From contig WJMK01000039.1 in the NCBI GenBank assembly GCA_014727975.1, positions 29,237-93,236 on the forward strand: a stretch of 64,000 bases of DNA. Reading direction: 5' to 3'. Below the pieces are notes generated by a model. It searched no databases, had not been told where the DNA came from, and worked only from the letters and a program-made list of their open reading frames with translations. Position 1 is the first letter of the stretch. Each line of letters opens with the position of its first letter. The stretch is from Candidatus Micrarchaeota archaeon (GTDB taxonomy: Archaea; Micrarchaeota; Micrarchaeia; Anstonellales; Bilamarchaeaceae). This document shows, piece by piece, positions 45,842 through 54,975 of the stretch. A program made the translations under genes and the position numbers.

Positions 45842-47038
45842 ATGGAAAAGGGAATATTGCTTATTATGGATGGGCTCGGGGACCTTCCGGACTCTAAGGG
45901 GAAAACCCCTCTTTCTGCTGCCAAAACCCCAAATATGGACAGGATGGCAAAGGAAGGCATTCTCGGGATGCTTTCGCCCATAGGGAAGGGGAATGTTCCG
46001 GGTAGCGATACTTCTCACCTTACGCTTCTTGGATACCCCTACTGGGAATTTTACTGCGGGAGGGGACCGCTGGAGGCACTCGGCTCCGGGATTAAGCTTA
46101 GGGAAGGGGATGTTGCATTCAGGGCAAATTTTGCAACTGTGGAAAAAGGGAAAATAGTGGACAGGAGGGCCGGGAGGATTTCCACTGCGCTTGCCCACAA
46201 ACTTTCCAAGCGGCTGGAAAAGGTGAAAGTGCCGGGCGTTAAGATTATTTTTGCAAATACTGTTGAGCACAGGGGTGTGCTCATACTTCGGGGCGAAGGG
46301 CTGGGGGCATATGTTTCTGGCACCGACCCGCATGAGCTTGCCCATCTGCCAAAGAGCAAAGCTCTGAAGAGAGGGAGTGCCAAGACTGCGCGGGTGCTGA
46401 ATGCATTTACAAAAAAGGCGATGGAAGTGCTTGGGAAAGCCCCTGAAAACGAGGGAAGAAAAAAGCCTGCAAATGCAGTGCTGTGCAGGGGCGCGGGGAC
46501 ATATAGGAAGGTGGATGGTTTTGCAAAAAAACACGGGGTTACCGGTGCATGCGTGGCAGGGGGGGCGCTGTACAAGGGGGTTGCGGATTACATCGGGATG
46601 GATGTGCTCTATGTGAAGGGGGCAACCGGGAGTGTGGATACGGACCTGAAATCCAAGGCAAAGCATGCAGCTGCTGCACTTAAGAACCATGATTTTGTTT
46701 TTGTGCATGTTAAGGGGACGGATAGCTGCGCCCATGACAAGGATTTTGCATGCAAGCAGAAGATGATTGAGCGCGTGGACAGGGAGCTTGTGCCTGCGCT
46801 GAAGAAAACCGGGGCGAATATTGTGATTACCGGGGACCACTCGACTCCGTGCTCGATTGGGGAACATACGGGCCATGAGGTTCCTTTGCTTTGCTGGGGT
46901 GACGGATTCAGGAAGGATTCCTGCAGGAAATTCAGCGAATCTGCGTGCATGGACGGGGGGCTGGGGCACGTGGACGGATGGGACCTGTTCCCGATAATTG
47001 TGAATGCGATGGGCAAGGGGAAGAAAGTTGGGACGTAA
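45842..47038 (+). CDS. apgM: 2,3-bisphosphoglycerate-independent phosphoglycerate mutase, archaeal type
   Basis: LLIMDGLGD...TPNMD...GSDTSHL matches archaeal iPGM; 398 aa. Confidence 0.9.
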   Translation: MEKGILLIMDGLGDLPDSKGKTPLSAAKTPNMDRMAKEGILGMLSPIGKGNVPGSDTSHLTLLGYPYWEFYCGRGPLEALGSGIKLREGDVAFRANFATVEKGKIVDRRAGRISTALAHKLSKRLEKVKVPGVKIIFANTVEHRGVLILRGEGLGAYVSGTDPHELAHLPKSKALKRGSAKTARVLNAFTKKAMEVLGKAPENEGRKKPANAVLCRGAGTYRKVDGFAKKHGVTGACVAGGALYKGVADYIGMDVLYVKGATGSVDTDLKSKAKHAAAALKNHDFVFVHVKGTDSCAHDKDFACKQKMIERVDRELVPALKKTGANIVITGDHSTPCSIGEHTGHEVPLLCWGDGFRKDSCRKFSESACMDGGLGHVDGWDLFPIIVNAMGKGKKVGT

Positions 47039-47092
47039 TTTGCTGCTTAATTGCACTGAAAAGGAGGAAATAAAAGAAAAAGGAATAAGGAA

Positions 47093-47623
47093 CTAGATTG
47101 TGTCCTCGCCTTCAACAACAACTGAGATAACGTTTGCCTGTGCTTCGTGCTTTATGTTTTCGCTGAGGTCATCCTCGTAGTTGTACCAGACAATCAATTT
47201 TCCGCGGAATTCCACGTTTGGCTGCATCTGTATCTGGTCGCCATCTGAGTCAATACAGTCTATGTTGAAGAAATCATCTGAGCTTCCGGTTGGGATTGTT
47301 TGGTCCAGCTCAAATTCGCTTGTGAGCTCAACCTCTGTTGCCTGCGCATTTGTACAGACAATTCCCTTGATTTCCACAGTCTTTCCTAGCTTGTTCCAGA
47401 TACGAACATTCATGCTTACGTCGCCTCCATCAGAATAAATCTGCGGATTCGGCTCGCTGCAGGAGAATCCCTGCTGCTGGAACAAGCACAGCTCAGGAGC
47501 ACTGAACGGGTTCAAATAAATGAGCGCGGCAATCACGATTACGATTGCGAGGAGCGCCCACCCATAAGTCATCAGGTATTCCATCGCCGCTTGGCCTTTT
47601 CTGTAATTTTTCATCATCATCAC
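47093..47623 (-). CDS. archaeal type IV pilin (class III signal peptide)
   Basis: MMMMKNYRKG|QAAMEYLMTYGWALLAIVIVIAALIYL. Confidence 0.7.
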   Translation of the reverse strand: MMMMKNYRKGQAAMEYLMTYGWALLAIVIVIAALIYLNPFSAPELCLFQQQGFSCSEPNPQIYSDGGDVSMNVRIWNKLGKTVEIKGIVCTNAQATEVELTSEFELDQTIPTGSSDDFFNIDCIDSDGDQIQMQPNVEFRGKLIVWYNYEDDLSENIKHEAQANVISVVVEGEDTI

Positions 47624-48694
47624 CTAGAAGAACATACTTGCAAAGAGCGAGTCCAGGAATGAACCCACTACAAAGTAAATTATGTAGGATAGTGCCAGCA
47701 GGAACGGGAAGTACTTCATTCCCTGGGTCTTTGAGCCCGCCCTTATTATTCCAAGCAGGAGCGAGGAAATAAGGGAGGTTATAAACACCAGCGCCATGCT
47801 GAACCAAAAGAACTCATCAGTGCTTACTGAGGGGGATGTAGGCGTTACCAGGAAGCTTGCAGGCATCCCTCCTGCTGCCATGTCCACGCCTCCTGCAGGC
47901 ATGTATGCAAATGCCATTGAGAGAACGCTTATGAGGTTTGTTGAAACAGAGAAGAGGAAAGGTGCCCCTATTGTAGCTGCAAATACCAGGAAGATTACAT
48001 ATACAAGGAGGGTTGCCGCAATATCCTTTTTATGCATTGCAACGTCCCTTGCATCCTGTGAGGTTTCCTCAAGTATTTCTGCGATTTCCCCTCCGGTTGC
48101 AAGGGCCTGCTTGAGGAGGAGAATTGTCCTGTGGAGAACGCGGGAATTGAAGCGCATGTCCAGGCGGTCCAGGGATTTCTCGATTGGCTCACCGGAAAAG
48201 GCGCTCTTGATTACGCGCTTCACTTCTACGGAAAACAGCCCGTATTCAGGCTTTGCAGCATACCACATTGCCTGGTCCAGGGTCATTCCTGAGCGGACGT
48301 TCCCTGCCACCAGGGTAAGGAAATCCGGGAGGACCTCCTCCACTGCATTCTTCCTCGCTTCAGTCTGGAGCAGGATTACTGACCAGACAAGCACATAGGT
48401 TAAGAGGAATGTAACTACGAATGCGGCAACGAAGCTGATTATGATGGATACAATGTCCGGGAGTATGAAGGAAGTGCCGGCAATTGCATAAATGAACTTG
48501 GGGATGGCTGAGGTGTTCAGGAAAACAAGGAACAGCAAGAGGCCCACAAGGACGTTCAGCACTATGAAGAATCCCATGAAAGACTCTGCAGGAACCATGA
48601 TGCCTGCCCCTGCAAGGGACTTTTCAATAGCCCTTATGCGCTTCCTTGAAAGAAGCCGCCCGATTGTTTCGTAAAAACCCATGAGTGCGCTCAT
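47624..48694 (-). CDS. type IV pilus assembly platform protein, single T2SSF domain (TadC-like)
   Basis: T2SSF domain LTLVAGNVRSGMTLDQAMWYAA...LKQALATGGEIAEILE flanked by TM helices. Confidence 0.75.
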   Translation of the reverse strand: MSALMGFYETIGRLLSRKRIRAIEKSLAGAGIMVPAESFMGFFIVLNVLVGLLLFLVFLNTSAIPKFIYAIAGTSFILPDIVSIIISFVAAFVVTFLLTYVLVWSVILLQTEARKNAVEEVLPDFLTLVAGNVRSGMTLDQAMWYAAKPEYGLFSVEVKRVIKSAFSGEPIEKSLDRLDMRFNSRVLHRTILLLKQALATGGEIAEILEETSQDARDVAMHKKDIAATLLVYVIFLVFAATIGAPFLFSVSTNLISVLSMAFAYMPAGGVDMAAGGMPASFLVTPTSPSVSTDEFFWFSMALVFITSLISSLLLGIIRAGSKTQGMKYFPFLLALSYIIYFVVGSFLDSLFASMFF

Positions 48695-48703
48695 AATAAT
48701 CCC

Positions 48704-49600
48704 TCAGAATGCATACCTCGGCCTGGAAGTCTCCACCATTGACAGGAACATGAACTGTATTACCCCTACCATAAACAGGAAGAGGAGCAATACGGGCGCA
48801 TCGAGAGCAAATCTCCCGGAACCGATGAATGAGAAAAGTATTATTGCAAAAGCAAGCCCCAGAGAAGGGAAAATAATGCCGAAAATCATGTAGAACATGA
48901 TGAGGGGGTTGAGCTTCTGCCCATAGGACTTCAGCTCGATTATCTGCTCCTTGAATACCTGGTTCAGGACCACTTCAAGGGAATCCGCAACATCCGCACC
49001 TGATCCGACTGCGTTTGCAAGCTGTACCATAATCCTGCGGAATGCAGGTGAAGGGTTGGTTTGCACTACCTCCCTTATTGCCTGGCCTATGGGAGTGCCC
49101 AGGGTAACCTTTTCAACAATCCTGTTGAATTCCTTGCTTACTTCACCGTAGCCGCGGGAAACACCGACCATTGCATCGAAAAGGGGCATCCCTGAGCGGA
49201 GCCCTATAAGCAGGTGCCTCACTGCAAAAACAAGCTCATAGTCTATTGCCTTCTTCCGCTTCAGCACCATTACCGAAGGATACATCATATAATAGAAAAA
49301 GGAAAAAATCATGTATACAAAGAACAGGAGCACCACAAAGAGGGTGGCCATCTGGACCGCTGCCATATCCAAGACTATGAAAGTGAGTATGGAGAGGGCA
49401 AGCGCTGAAAAGAATGCGGAAAAAATCACGCGGTCCATGAAGGTTTCCGGTGAATCCTTCATGCTTGCAAGAACCATCTTCTTCCTGAGAGTTGGGAAAT
49501 AAGGGATTATGAATTCAGAAAGAGAGCGGATTGGGCCTCTCTTTCCAGAACCCCTCGCAGGGAGGGCAACAGGAGTCACCTTTTTCTTCGGGCTTGCCAT
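48704..49600 (-). CDS. type IV pilus assembly platform protein, single T2SSF domain (TadB-like)
   Basis: VRHLLIGLRSGMPLFDAMVGVS...VQLANAVGSGADVADSLEVV. Confidence 0.75.
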   Translation of the reverse strand: MASPKKKVTPVALPARGSGKRGPIRSLSEFIIPYFPTLRKKMVLASMKDSPETFMDRVIFSAFFSALALSILTFIVLDMAAVQMATLFVVLLFFVYMIFSFFYYMMYPSVMVLKRKKAIDYELVFAVRHLLIGLRSGMPLFDAMVGVSRGYGEVSKEFNRIVEKVTLGTPIGQAIREVVQTNPSPAFRRIMVQLANAVGSGADVADSLEVVLNQVFKEQIIELKSYGQKLNPLIMFYMIFGIIFPSLGLAFAIILFSFIGSGRFALDAPVLLLFLFMVGVIQFMFLSMVETSRPRYAF

Positions 49601-49624
49601 ATCTTCACCATTAAATATATATTA

Positions 49625-51274
49625 CTACTTTCGACCAAAACGTTTATTTATGGTATCCTCATCGAGGCCTGATTCCTTTGCCATAAGCTTCCTTGCAGTG
49701 AGGAGTGCCTCAGAGCGTTCAATTTCCCCCCTTGCGTACTTGTTGTATGTGCGCGAATCCTTTGCCTGCAGGAGGTTGAAAAGGGCCTCATCCGAAGCTC
49801 CGGCTACCTGTGCAAGCTTCATTGCTTTGGGGTCTCCTGCCTTTTCAAGCAGGAGCTCTCGTTTTGTTTCAATCTGTGAGTGGATTGCCTCCCCTATTGA
49901 ATTCTTGAGGGCGGAAAAGTCATGTGAATATTCATCTTTAAGTGAGGACCTGAGCTTTTCAGAATCCGGAGTGGACTGGCCCTTTGCCTTGAGTTTTGCA
50001 AGCTCTGCACTGTGCTTTGCAGTAAGGAATGTGTGGTATTTCTCTATTATCTCCATAAGGGCATGCTCAAGCTCCACCATGTTTTTGGAAAATGCCTCCA
50101 GTGCAGGGCCCCTGTGCTTGACTGCCCGCTGGGCCTCAAAAGCAGAGAGGGCCTGCTTTGCGTTTTTTTCATAGATGGACTGGATGCGGCTCTTTGCTTC
50201 CTTCAGCTCAAGCTTCTGCTCATTTGAAAGGGCAGTGAAAAGGGCGCCTTTTGGAAGTCCTCCTGCTTCTGCCTTTCCCCCTTTTCCCTTAAGGAGTTCC
50301 TTGAGTGTGACAATTTCTTTCTTGATCTCTGCGCGCCTGTCCTGGGAACGCTCTTTGAAAAGTTCCCTTGTGAGTTCAAGCATGCGCTTTTTTGTGTCTT
50401 CAACATCAACTTTCTTGGTTTTCTTTCCGGTCATCTGGGCGCCGAGCTGCGCCTCCAGCCTGTTTAGGCTCTTCTCTGCTTCTTTAATAGGGGATTTGCT
50501 GAGTGCTTTTGGCTGCACAACATCTAGTACAGGCCCTTCTGTTTCAGGGGGACCGGAAACAATTTCCTCCTTTGCCGGTTCATAAGGAGCTGGCTCTTCT
50601 GCAGGAAGAGGCTCCTCCGGCTTCTCCGGAACTGGCATTATCTTCTTTTCCGGGGCAGGCCTGAGCTTTGGCTCAGGAGAAGGCTTGATCTTTTCTTCAG
50701 CTTCAGGAGGCTTCTTTTCCGGGAGCGGGGGAACTTCCAGTTCTGCCTCTTTCTCCTTTTCTTCAGGTTCCGGGGGAAGCGTCTCCTGCATTTTTGGAGT
50801 TTCCGGGAGCTCGGGCAGCCTGGCTGCTGCCTCCTCTGCTTTTCTCCTTTCCAGCTCAGCAGGAGAAGGGACCTTTGGTTCAGGGGGGGCCTCCCCAGGT
50901 TCCTCAGCAGCTTCTGCTTCAGGAGCAGGTGCAGGGACTTTGGCGGCCTCCCTTGCGCTCTCTACGCTTATCTTTTTCATCTCTTTTTCTACTTCGGACG
51001 CCTCCTTCTGGACATGTGTGGGGGCAGGGGTTGCAGGCTCCGCAGGCTCAACCTTTTCTGCCCCGAACATCCCAATGTCCATCCTGGATGCCTTTATTAT
51101 TTTGTCCATCCGGTTGTACTGGTTTATAATATCCACATAATCCATCTCATGGATATCCGGGGGAGAAAGCTCAAGCGAGCGCTTTACTTTCTTCTCCTTT
51201 ATCTTTGCAGGGGAGTATTCAGATGCTGAATCCTCCACCCGGGAAACTTCACTTATGGCGTCCCTGAAATCCAT
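49625..51274 (-). CDS. coiled-coil protein with a Pro/Glu/Lys-rich repeat region (pilus-locus accessory)
   Basis: 549 aa; central PEPK/EPEK low-complexity region; C-terminal helical region; operonic between the ATPase and the TadB-like gene. Confidence 0.5.
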   Translation of the reverse strand: MDFRDAISEVSRVEDSASEYSPAKIKEKKVKRSLELSPPDIHEMDYVDIINQYNRMDKIIKASRMDIGMFGAEKVEPAEPATPAPTHVQKEASEVEKEMKKISVESAREAAKVPAPAPEAEAAEEPGEAPPEPKVPSPAELERRKAEEAAARLPELPETPKMQETLPPEPEEKEKEAELEVPPLPEKKPPEAEEKIKPSPEPKLRPAPEKKIMPVPEKPEEPLPAEEPAPYEPAKEEIVSGPPETEGPVLDVVQPKALSKSPIKEAEKSLNRLEAQLGAQMTGKKTKKVDVEDTKKRMLELTRELFKERSQDRRAEIKKEIVTLKELLKGKGGKAEAGGLPKGALFTALSNEQKLELKEAKSRIQSIYEKNAKQALSAFEAQRAVKHRGPALEAFSKNMVELEHALMEIIEKYHTFLTAKHSAELAKLKAKGQSTPDSEKLRSSLKDEYSHDFSALKNSIGEAIHSQIETKRELLLEKAGDPKAMKLAQVAGASDEALFNLLQAKDSRTYNKYARGEIERSEALLTARKLMAKESGLDEDTINKRFGRK

Positions 51275-51284
51275 CCGGATACCC

Positions 51285-53201
51285 TCAGAACTCCCATGCC
51301 TTGTTCTTCTTCACAGACGAAAGCACTTCCTCAGGTGTCTGGTAGTAATTGGAGACAATTGAGCCGACCTCGTTTACTGCCTCGTAGCCGTGCTTCACCA
51401 TCCAGTTGAGCACAGAAACCTTCTCTGCAACATCCTGGTCTATTTCTTTGGCAGTAAGGCCGGAATAAAGCTCGATTGTTTTTGCAATGCTGTCCAGCTT
51501 CCCTGATTTTACAGTGACATCGCGCTTGGAGTCCCACCTGTAAATCATGTTCAGGTCACCCTGGTTCTGCACTTCTGCAAACTCAAGGGTCCTGCGGATA
51601 TTGAGCCTCCTCTGCCTGTACTGCACAACAATTCCTGCGAGCGCGTCCAGGTTCTCTTCAGGCACATTGATTGGCGGATTCACCAGCCTGCTGATTGTCT
51701 GGGATGCATTGTCCGCATGCAGGGTTGCGTATACGGAGTGCCCTGTGTGCATTGCCTCGAAAAGGACCTCGGCTTCCTTCTGCCTCCTTACTTCTCCGAC
51801 AACAATGCGGTCCGGCCTCTGCCTCAGTGCATTAACCATGAGGTTGAGCATTGAGACTTCTCCTTTCCCTTCAGGGTTGGGCTCCCTTGTAACCATGGGT
51901 ACCCAGTGCAGGAATGATGGAAGGGTAAGTTCCCTTGTGTCCTCAATGCTGATTATGCGCTGGTTTGCAGGAATAAGGCCTGCCATTGCATTCAGGAAAG
52001 ACGTTTTACCGCTTCCTGTACCTCCGGAAACAAGGAGGGAAAGCTCGCTCTGCACGCAAAGCCAGATTGTGGCTGCAACTTCAGGGCTTATTGTCTTGCT
52101 CCTGATCAGGTTGGTAATTGTCCAGGGGTTCCTGGAGAACTTCCTGATTGTCATGGTGTTCCCATAGTTGGAAACAGGGAACAGGGTTGCGTTTACACGG
52201 TCCCCGTTGGGGAGGTGTGCATCCAGGAGCGGGCTCAGTATGTTTATCTGGCGCCCTACTTTGCGCGCGACGAGTGCGGCATAATCATAGATGCGCTCTT
52301 CGTTCTTTAGGCGCAGGTTGGTCTTGCACCAGCCGTATTTCTTGTGGTAAACCCATACCGGGTCCCTTGAGTTATTTACTACAACTTCTTCCAGGAACTC
52401 ATCGTGGAGCGGAGTTTCCAGCTCGCCCATCCCAAGAGTATTCTGGATAAGGTAGGATGCAAGTATTTTCCTCTTCTCCGGGGGAAGCTGGGGGAAGTTC
52501 CTGCCCAGGACCCTCATGGCCGAATCCTGGAACTTTGCCTTCACCATCTCCTGCTTCTTCGGGTCAAGGATTTCAGTAATGTCAAGCTTTACATCGGAAA
52601 TGAGCTCTGCGCGGAGCTTGGTTTCCAGAAGGAGCTTGGTCCCCCCTGCAATTCCAGGGATTGAGATGCTGTAGACAGGCACAAAGTCTTCCTTTTGGAC
52701 TATGGCGACTTCCACTGGAATTGATTCGCTCAAGAAGGTGTAGGAATCCAGGACCTTGGTCTTTTTTGGCTCCCCTTCACGCTCAGGCAGGGGCTCGAAT
52801 TCCTGCTCTTTTTCAACAACTGCTGCAACCTGCATTTCTTCCGGGACCTCTCCTGGCTCTCCTTCTCCCCCTTCAGGCTCTTCAGGCTCTCCGGAACCGC
52901 CCATGGCTCTGGGCTTTTCCTCTTCCTCCCCGGGCTCTTCGGGTTCCTCCTCTTCTTCGTATTCTTCCTCCTCAAGCTCTTCCTCTTCCTCAGGGATTTC
53001 CTCTTCTATTTTCTCTGGCTCTTCTTTTGGTTTGGGCTTGGGGGGTTTCTTTTCCTCATCTTTTTTTGAACGCGAGTTCTGCCTTGCGGCAGCAGCCTTC
53101 TGGGATTCTTTTATCCTCTTAACAATGTCCCTTACCGTCTTTTTGGACGGGGCTTTCTTTTTCGAACCCTTTTTTCCGGATGATTTTTTTGGTTTTGCCA
53201 T
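51285..53201 (-). CDS. type IV pilus/secretion ATPase (FlaI/TadA/VirB11 superfamily) with a disordered N-terminal extension
   Basis: Walker A LLVSGGTGSGKTSFLNAMAGLIP; Asp box and His box; N-terminal ~130 aa of K/E-rich low complexity. Confidence 0.9.
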   Translation of the reverse strand: MAKPKKSSGKKGSKKKAPSKKTVRDIVKRIKESQKAAAARQNSRSKKDEEKKPPKPKPKEEPEKIEEEIPEEEEELEEEEYEEEEEPEEPGEEEEKPRAMGGSGEPEEPEGGEGEPGEVPEEMQVAAVVEKEQEFEPLPEREGEPKKTKVLDSYTFLSESIPVEVAIVQKEDFVPVYSISIPGIAGGTKLLLETKLRAELISDVKLDITEILDPKKQEMVKAKFQDSAMRVLGRNFPQLPPEKRKILASYLIQNTLGMGELETPLHDEFLEEVVVNNSRDPVWVYHKKYGWCKTNLRLKNEERIYDYAALVARKVGRQINILSPLLDAHLPNGDRVNATLFPVSNYGNTMTIRKFSRNPWTITNLIRSKTISPEVAATIWLCVQSELSLLVSGGTGSGKTSFLNAMAGLIPANQRIISIEDTRELTLPSFLHWVPMVTREPNPEGKGEVSMLNLMVNALRQRPDRIVVGEVRRQKEAEVLFEAMHTGHSVYATLHADNASQTISRLVNPPINVPEENLDALAGIVVQYRQRRLNIRRTLEFAEVQNQGDLNMIYRWDSKRDVTVKSGKLDSIAKTIELYSGLTAKEIDQDVAEKVSVLNWMVKHGYEAVNEVGSIVSNYYQTPEEVLSSVKKNKAWEF

Positions 53202-53211
53202 GGATTCACCA

Positions 53212-54936
53212 TCAGTCGCTCTCCCATAGTTTACGTATGAGTCCTTTTAATTCCTTTCTCTTGCGCTCGAATTCTTCCTGCTCTTTGGAAGTCAGGGAGA
53301 CTTTGTCTTTTACTTCTTTTTCCTTTTTGCCTTCCCCTTTCCCTTCCTCTTTGGAGGGGGCGGCCTCTCCGCCCCTAAGGGCGATGAGCTTTGCTTCCTT
53401 GGAAAGGAGCTTTATGTTCTTCTCGATCATGCCCGAGCGGGCATTAAGGTCCGCAATCAGAGAGCGGATTTTCTGTAGTTCTTTTTTCTTGGTCTTGAGT
53501 TGCGAAACAAGCTCCTTTGCTTCCTTGAGGGACTTCGGGGTTGTTTTTTCAGCCAGTTCCTTTGTCTTCTTGGCGGATTCCTCCCTTGTGGCCTTAAGTT
53601 CTTTTTTTAGCTGGGAGGTTTCCTCCCTTATTTTTGCAAGCTGGGCAAGGTAGGCATCTATTGCCATCTTGGTCTTGGACTTGATTTTCTGGAAAGTTGC
53701 GTAATTTGCTGTTTCCTCTTCTATGGAAGCAAGGATTTCGTCTGCATCTTCTGTAAGCTGGCTCCTTGCCGCTTCAATCTCTTCCTTCATTTCCTCGAGC
53801 TCTTCAATAAGCTCACCGATTGATAGGACATTGCCCGGGACCCCTGCAAGGGAGGACTCTATTTTCTTGAAATCCTTTGAGATGCGCTCTTCGTCCTTTT
53901 CAAGGGCTTCCAGCTTGGAGAGGATTTCTTTTTTTGTGGGCACATTCTCCAGCACTTCCTGGGCAATCCCTATCGTTTCAGAGTACTGGTCAGCTACTGC
54001 AAGGTCGTCCACTATCTGTTTTTCTAGCTCGGGCAGCTCTTTTTTCAGTGCCTCTATGTGCTCATATTCTGACTTGAGCCTATTGCGGGTCTTCTCCGCA
54101 CTCTTTGAAAGCTCGCTTATGTGGGAAACTGCATCCTGGATTGTGTCTGCGTTTGCCTTGAATTCTGAAATCATGGAGCGGAGGTATTCTGACTCCTCAT
54201 GCATTTTCTGGAAATCGTCGCTGAGCGAGTCAAACTCATCCTTCACTTCCCCTATTTCCACTTCCTCCTTTGGGGCATTCTTCTTTATCTCGTCAACCCT
54301 GGAAACAAGCTCGTTGAACTGCCTGTCCAGGCCATTCATGTGCTCTTTCGCTGTTTCCACCTTGCTGAGCTTCCTGTCAAGGTCTTTTTCCTCAAAAGTC
54401 TTTCCGGTTTTTTCAAGCTGGAGCTCCAGGCCCTTTATGGAGCCCTCTATTTCGCTGAGCTTCTCGCTAAGGGATTTTACTTTGTCCATGGACGCCTTGG
54501 AAACTGCTGTTTTCTTTTCCTTTGCAGCCTCTATCTGCCGGGAAAGCTCCTCAACCTTTGCAAAATCCTCTTCGAACTTCTGTGAGAGGTTCTCGATTGC
54601 TTCTGTATACTCGCGGAGGTCCCTTTTTCCGGTTTCCTGTATTTCATCGAGCTTCTGGATCTCGCCTTCAACCTTGGTTTTCCTTTTCCGGAAAACCTGC
54701 TTTTCCTTTTCCATCTGCTCAGGGGTTGCGGGCACCCAGACAAAGTAGACTTTTGTGAGCTGATAATCTATGCGGATTATGCCTTCCTCTTCCAGTATGT
54801 GTGCCCAATCCTCGACAGTTGTTTGGGGGAGGTTGAGGAGCTTGGAAGCCATTGCAAGGTCGATTTTCTTCTTCTCTTTTATAAGCCGTATGAGTGAATC
54901 TACTCCAGTGCTGATGAGGAGGTCCTCCATTTCCAT
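53212..54936 (-). CDS. winged-HTH-like N-terminal module plus long coiled-coil protein (first gene of the pilus operon)
   Basis: N-terminus ISTGVDSLIRLIKEKKKIDLAMASKLLNLPQTTVEDWAHILEEEGIIRIDY; ~450 aa of heptad-rich K/E sequence. Confidence 0.5.
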   Translation of the reverse strand: MEMEDLLISTGVDSLIRLIKEKKKIDLAMASKLLNLPQTTVEDWAHILEEEGIIRIDYQLTKVYFVWVPATPEQMEKEKQVFRKRKTKVEGEIQKLDEIQETGKRDLREYTEAIENLSQKFEEDFAKVEELSRQIEAAKEKKTAVSKASMDKVKSLSEKLSEIEGSIKGLELQLEKTGKTFEEKDLDRKLSKVETAKEHMNGLDRQFNELVSRVDEIKKNAPKEEVEIGEVKDEFDSLSDDFQKMHEESEYLRSMISEFKANADTIQDAVSHISELSKSAEKTRNRLKSEYEHIEALKKELPELEKQIVDDLAVADQYSETIGIAQEVLENVPTKKEILSKLEALEKDEERISKDFKKIESSLAGVPGNVLSIGELIEELEEMKEEIEAARSQLTEDADEILASIEEETANYATFQKIKSKTKMAIDAYLAQLAKIREETSQLKKELKATREESAKKTKELAEKTTPKSLKEAKELVSQLKTKKKELQKIRSLIADLNARSGMIEKNIKLLSKEAKLIALRGGEAAPSKEEGKGEGKKEKEVKDKVSLTSKEQEEFERKRKELKGLIRKLWESD

Positions 54937-54975
54937 GAGACGATATCCTACGCGTATATTTAAAATATTTCCGTA

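Noticed and set aside
45755-47056. 433-aa ORF on the minus strand fully overlapping apgM
   Set aside because: It is antisense to a gene with strong family motifs; its translation is low-complexity (P/H/C/R-rich) with no motifs. A typical shadow ORF.
50685-51140. Gly/Ser/Ala-rich plus-strand ORFs inside the PE-rich coiled-coil gene (also 50794-51129)
   Set aside because: Antisense or frame-shifted readings of a repetitive CDS; the minus-strand 549-aa ORF is continuous and operonic.
53723-54748. 341-aa Ser/Phe-rich ORF on the plus strand
   Set aside because: It is the antisense reading of the K/E-rich coiled-coil gene (GAA/AAG codons read as TTC/CTT); it has no start context or motif.
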